Assembly (NCBI RefSeq): GCF_006345805.1
Contig: NC_042999.1
Span: 170,624,001 to 170,688,000 of the forward strand
Direction of reading: 5' to 3'
DNA length: 64,000 bases
DNA from: Octopus sinensis
Taxonomy: Eukaryota
Position 1 is the stretch's first letter. Each line of letters starts with the position of its first letter. A model generated the notes under the pieces. It searched no databases. It worked only from the letters and a program-made list of their open reading frames with translations, and had not been told where the DNA came from. The translations under genes were made by a program, and so were the position numbers. Shown piece by piece: positions 62,367 to 64,000 of the stretch.

Positions 62367-63564
62367 CAAGGGTCTGCTAAAAAGTTCATCGGCTGACCAA
62401 GATACTCACATAAAATGCGAGCAAATAAAGTTTATTTCAATATAATACCCCTTGCGGTCCACACACTTTTCCATCAGTGTTGAAGTGCAGGGATCTTATT
62501 GACAAAGAAGCATTCATCCTGTTTGTAATCAACTGCGATACTGGTTATCCGCCGTTTCCCATATTGGGGAAGAGTTGACAGCGAAATGGTGCCAAATCAG
62601 GAGAATGATCGACCAGTTGGAAGCACTAGTCACGAAGAGCAGTCATGGAAACCAAGGGATTGTGTGCTGTAGCAATGTCTTGGTGAAGCAAGTTACCTTT
62701 CGTCAGACTTTTTGGGCGTTTGGTCTTGATAGATTTTCCTAAGTACCTCAACAATTTGGCATAGCATTCTCCATTGTGGCCCTTTTGCCAGTCAATAAAT
62801 ATAATGCCTTTTGCATCCAGAAAACTGAAGGCATCACCTTCCCAGAAGGTGCTTCTTTGGAGGACAATATGAATTGTCTCTTTCTCTCTGGCTGAAAGTG
62901 ATGAAGCCAATGCTCATCCTGGGTTAGAAAACGTTGAAGGAAACCAGCTAGTCTGCGTCAAACAATGTTAGATTTTGCTGTAATGTGATCATCGCGGTGC
63001 GCTTTTGATCAGGTGTCAGAAAATGTGGAACCCAGAGAGCAGAAACTTTCACCATACCAAATTCATTGTACTGATTATTCTCAACTCGCTCACAGGATAT
63101 GCTAATCGCAATGGCTATTTGATTTATAGTCAATCGCCTGTAATCCATGAGCATGTGATGAAAATGATCAATGTTTTCCTCGGTGGTGACAACTGCAGGA
63201 CGTCCAGACGTTGGGTCATATTCAAGACTCTCCCTTCCTCTCCTAAATTCAGCTGCCCACATTTGCACTGTTGATAAAGCTGGAGTGTTATCCTCTAATG
63301 TAGCAAGCATGTCACCATAAATGCCCTTGGGTGCCAGACCCTTTTCTGCAGGTACTTGATATCACCACGATTCCAAATTTTGTAGATTTTCGAAAGAAAT
63401 TGCTACTACTTCCTTTTGAAGTTTTTTTTAAAAAAGTCAGGTGTCAGCTCACCTGAGAAGAGTCAATGCAGTTACTAATAAGACGGGTTGAAATTAATGA
63501 ATGCAAAATTTTACGTCTTTAGTATCACAACTGTATAGTCAGCCTATGAACTTTTCAGTCTATG
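62367..63564 (-). mobile_element. Mariner transposon, near full length, inactivated
   Basis: TIRs CAAGGGTCTGCTAAAAAGTTCATCGGCTGAC / GTCAGCCTATGAACTTTTCAG with TA flanks; HTH ..FRRGRESLE..SGRP, WVPHFLT, DAKGIIFID, LLHQDIA; frameshifts and stops. Confidence 0.9.
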
Positions 63565-64000
63565 TAGTACATAAATACTTACATTCATTTATACATATAT
63601 CATACATATGTATGTAAATATAAAACTGGAATTCTACAGTCATTAATCAGAGTCCTCCTTTTCGGTTCATCAAACGATTTTAAGCACAAAAATTAAGTAA
63701 TTTGGTTTTCATAGAATTGTTTGAAAATTCTTCATTGATCTCACCATTTAGTCAAATGAACGGAATAATTGGTGTATGGTGACAGATATACAAAAGTCGA
63801 CGAAGATGGATATATCCGAAATTATTATATTATATGTATCGACAAGTTAATTGTATTTAAATATCAAGACTAAAAAGAATTTGTCTCCTCAGCATCAATA
63901 CTGCAAAAGAAGAAAGTGAGGAATTACTTTCCTGTTACTCTTTTGAGTGAAATGTGGCTTTTACAAGAAAACGAAACTAATTTTGATTTACGACTAATGA

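Overview
AT-rich, microsatellite-saturated eukaryotic genomic DNA; the SINE/LINE repertoire suggests an octopus or other cephalopod (inference, not verified). The only host gene found is the 3' half of a Na-K-2Cl cotransporter-like SLC12 gene on the + strand: 13 in-frame exons from 7794 to the stop at 30262 (about 540 codons), with the 5' exons outside the window. One intron needs a GC donor, and two acceptors are built on SINE-tail (ATT)n repeats. The rest is transposable-element debris: three CR1/L2-group LINEs, many tRNA-type SINEs, a non-autonomous Helitron, mariner/Tc1 remnants, Tigger-like MITEs and at least eight Penelope-like element (PLE) pieces. The strongest non-coding signal is a set of type I hammerhead ribozyme motifs (4 with intact cores, at least 3 degenerate) in PLE pseudo-LTRs. 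It includes a ~650 bp near-perfect inverted repeat at 50.4-52.0 kb with one hammerhead on each strand, and a PLE tail with a tRNA-like Pol III promoter just upstream of a hammerhead. Most ORFs in the supplied track are microsatellite artefacts. There is a 100-N assembly gap at 43092-43191.
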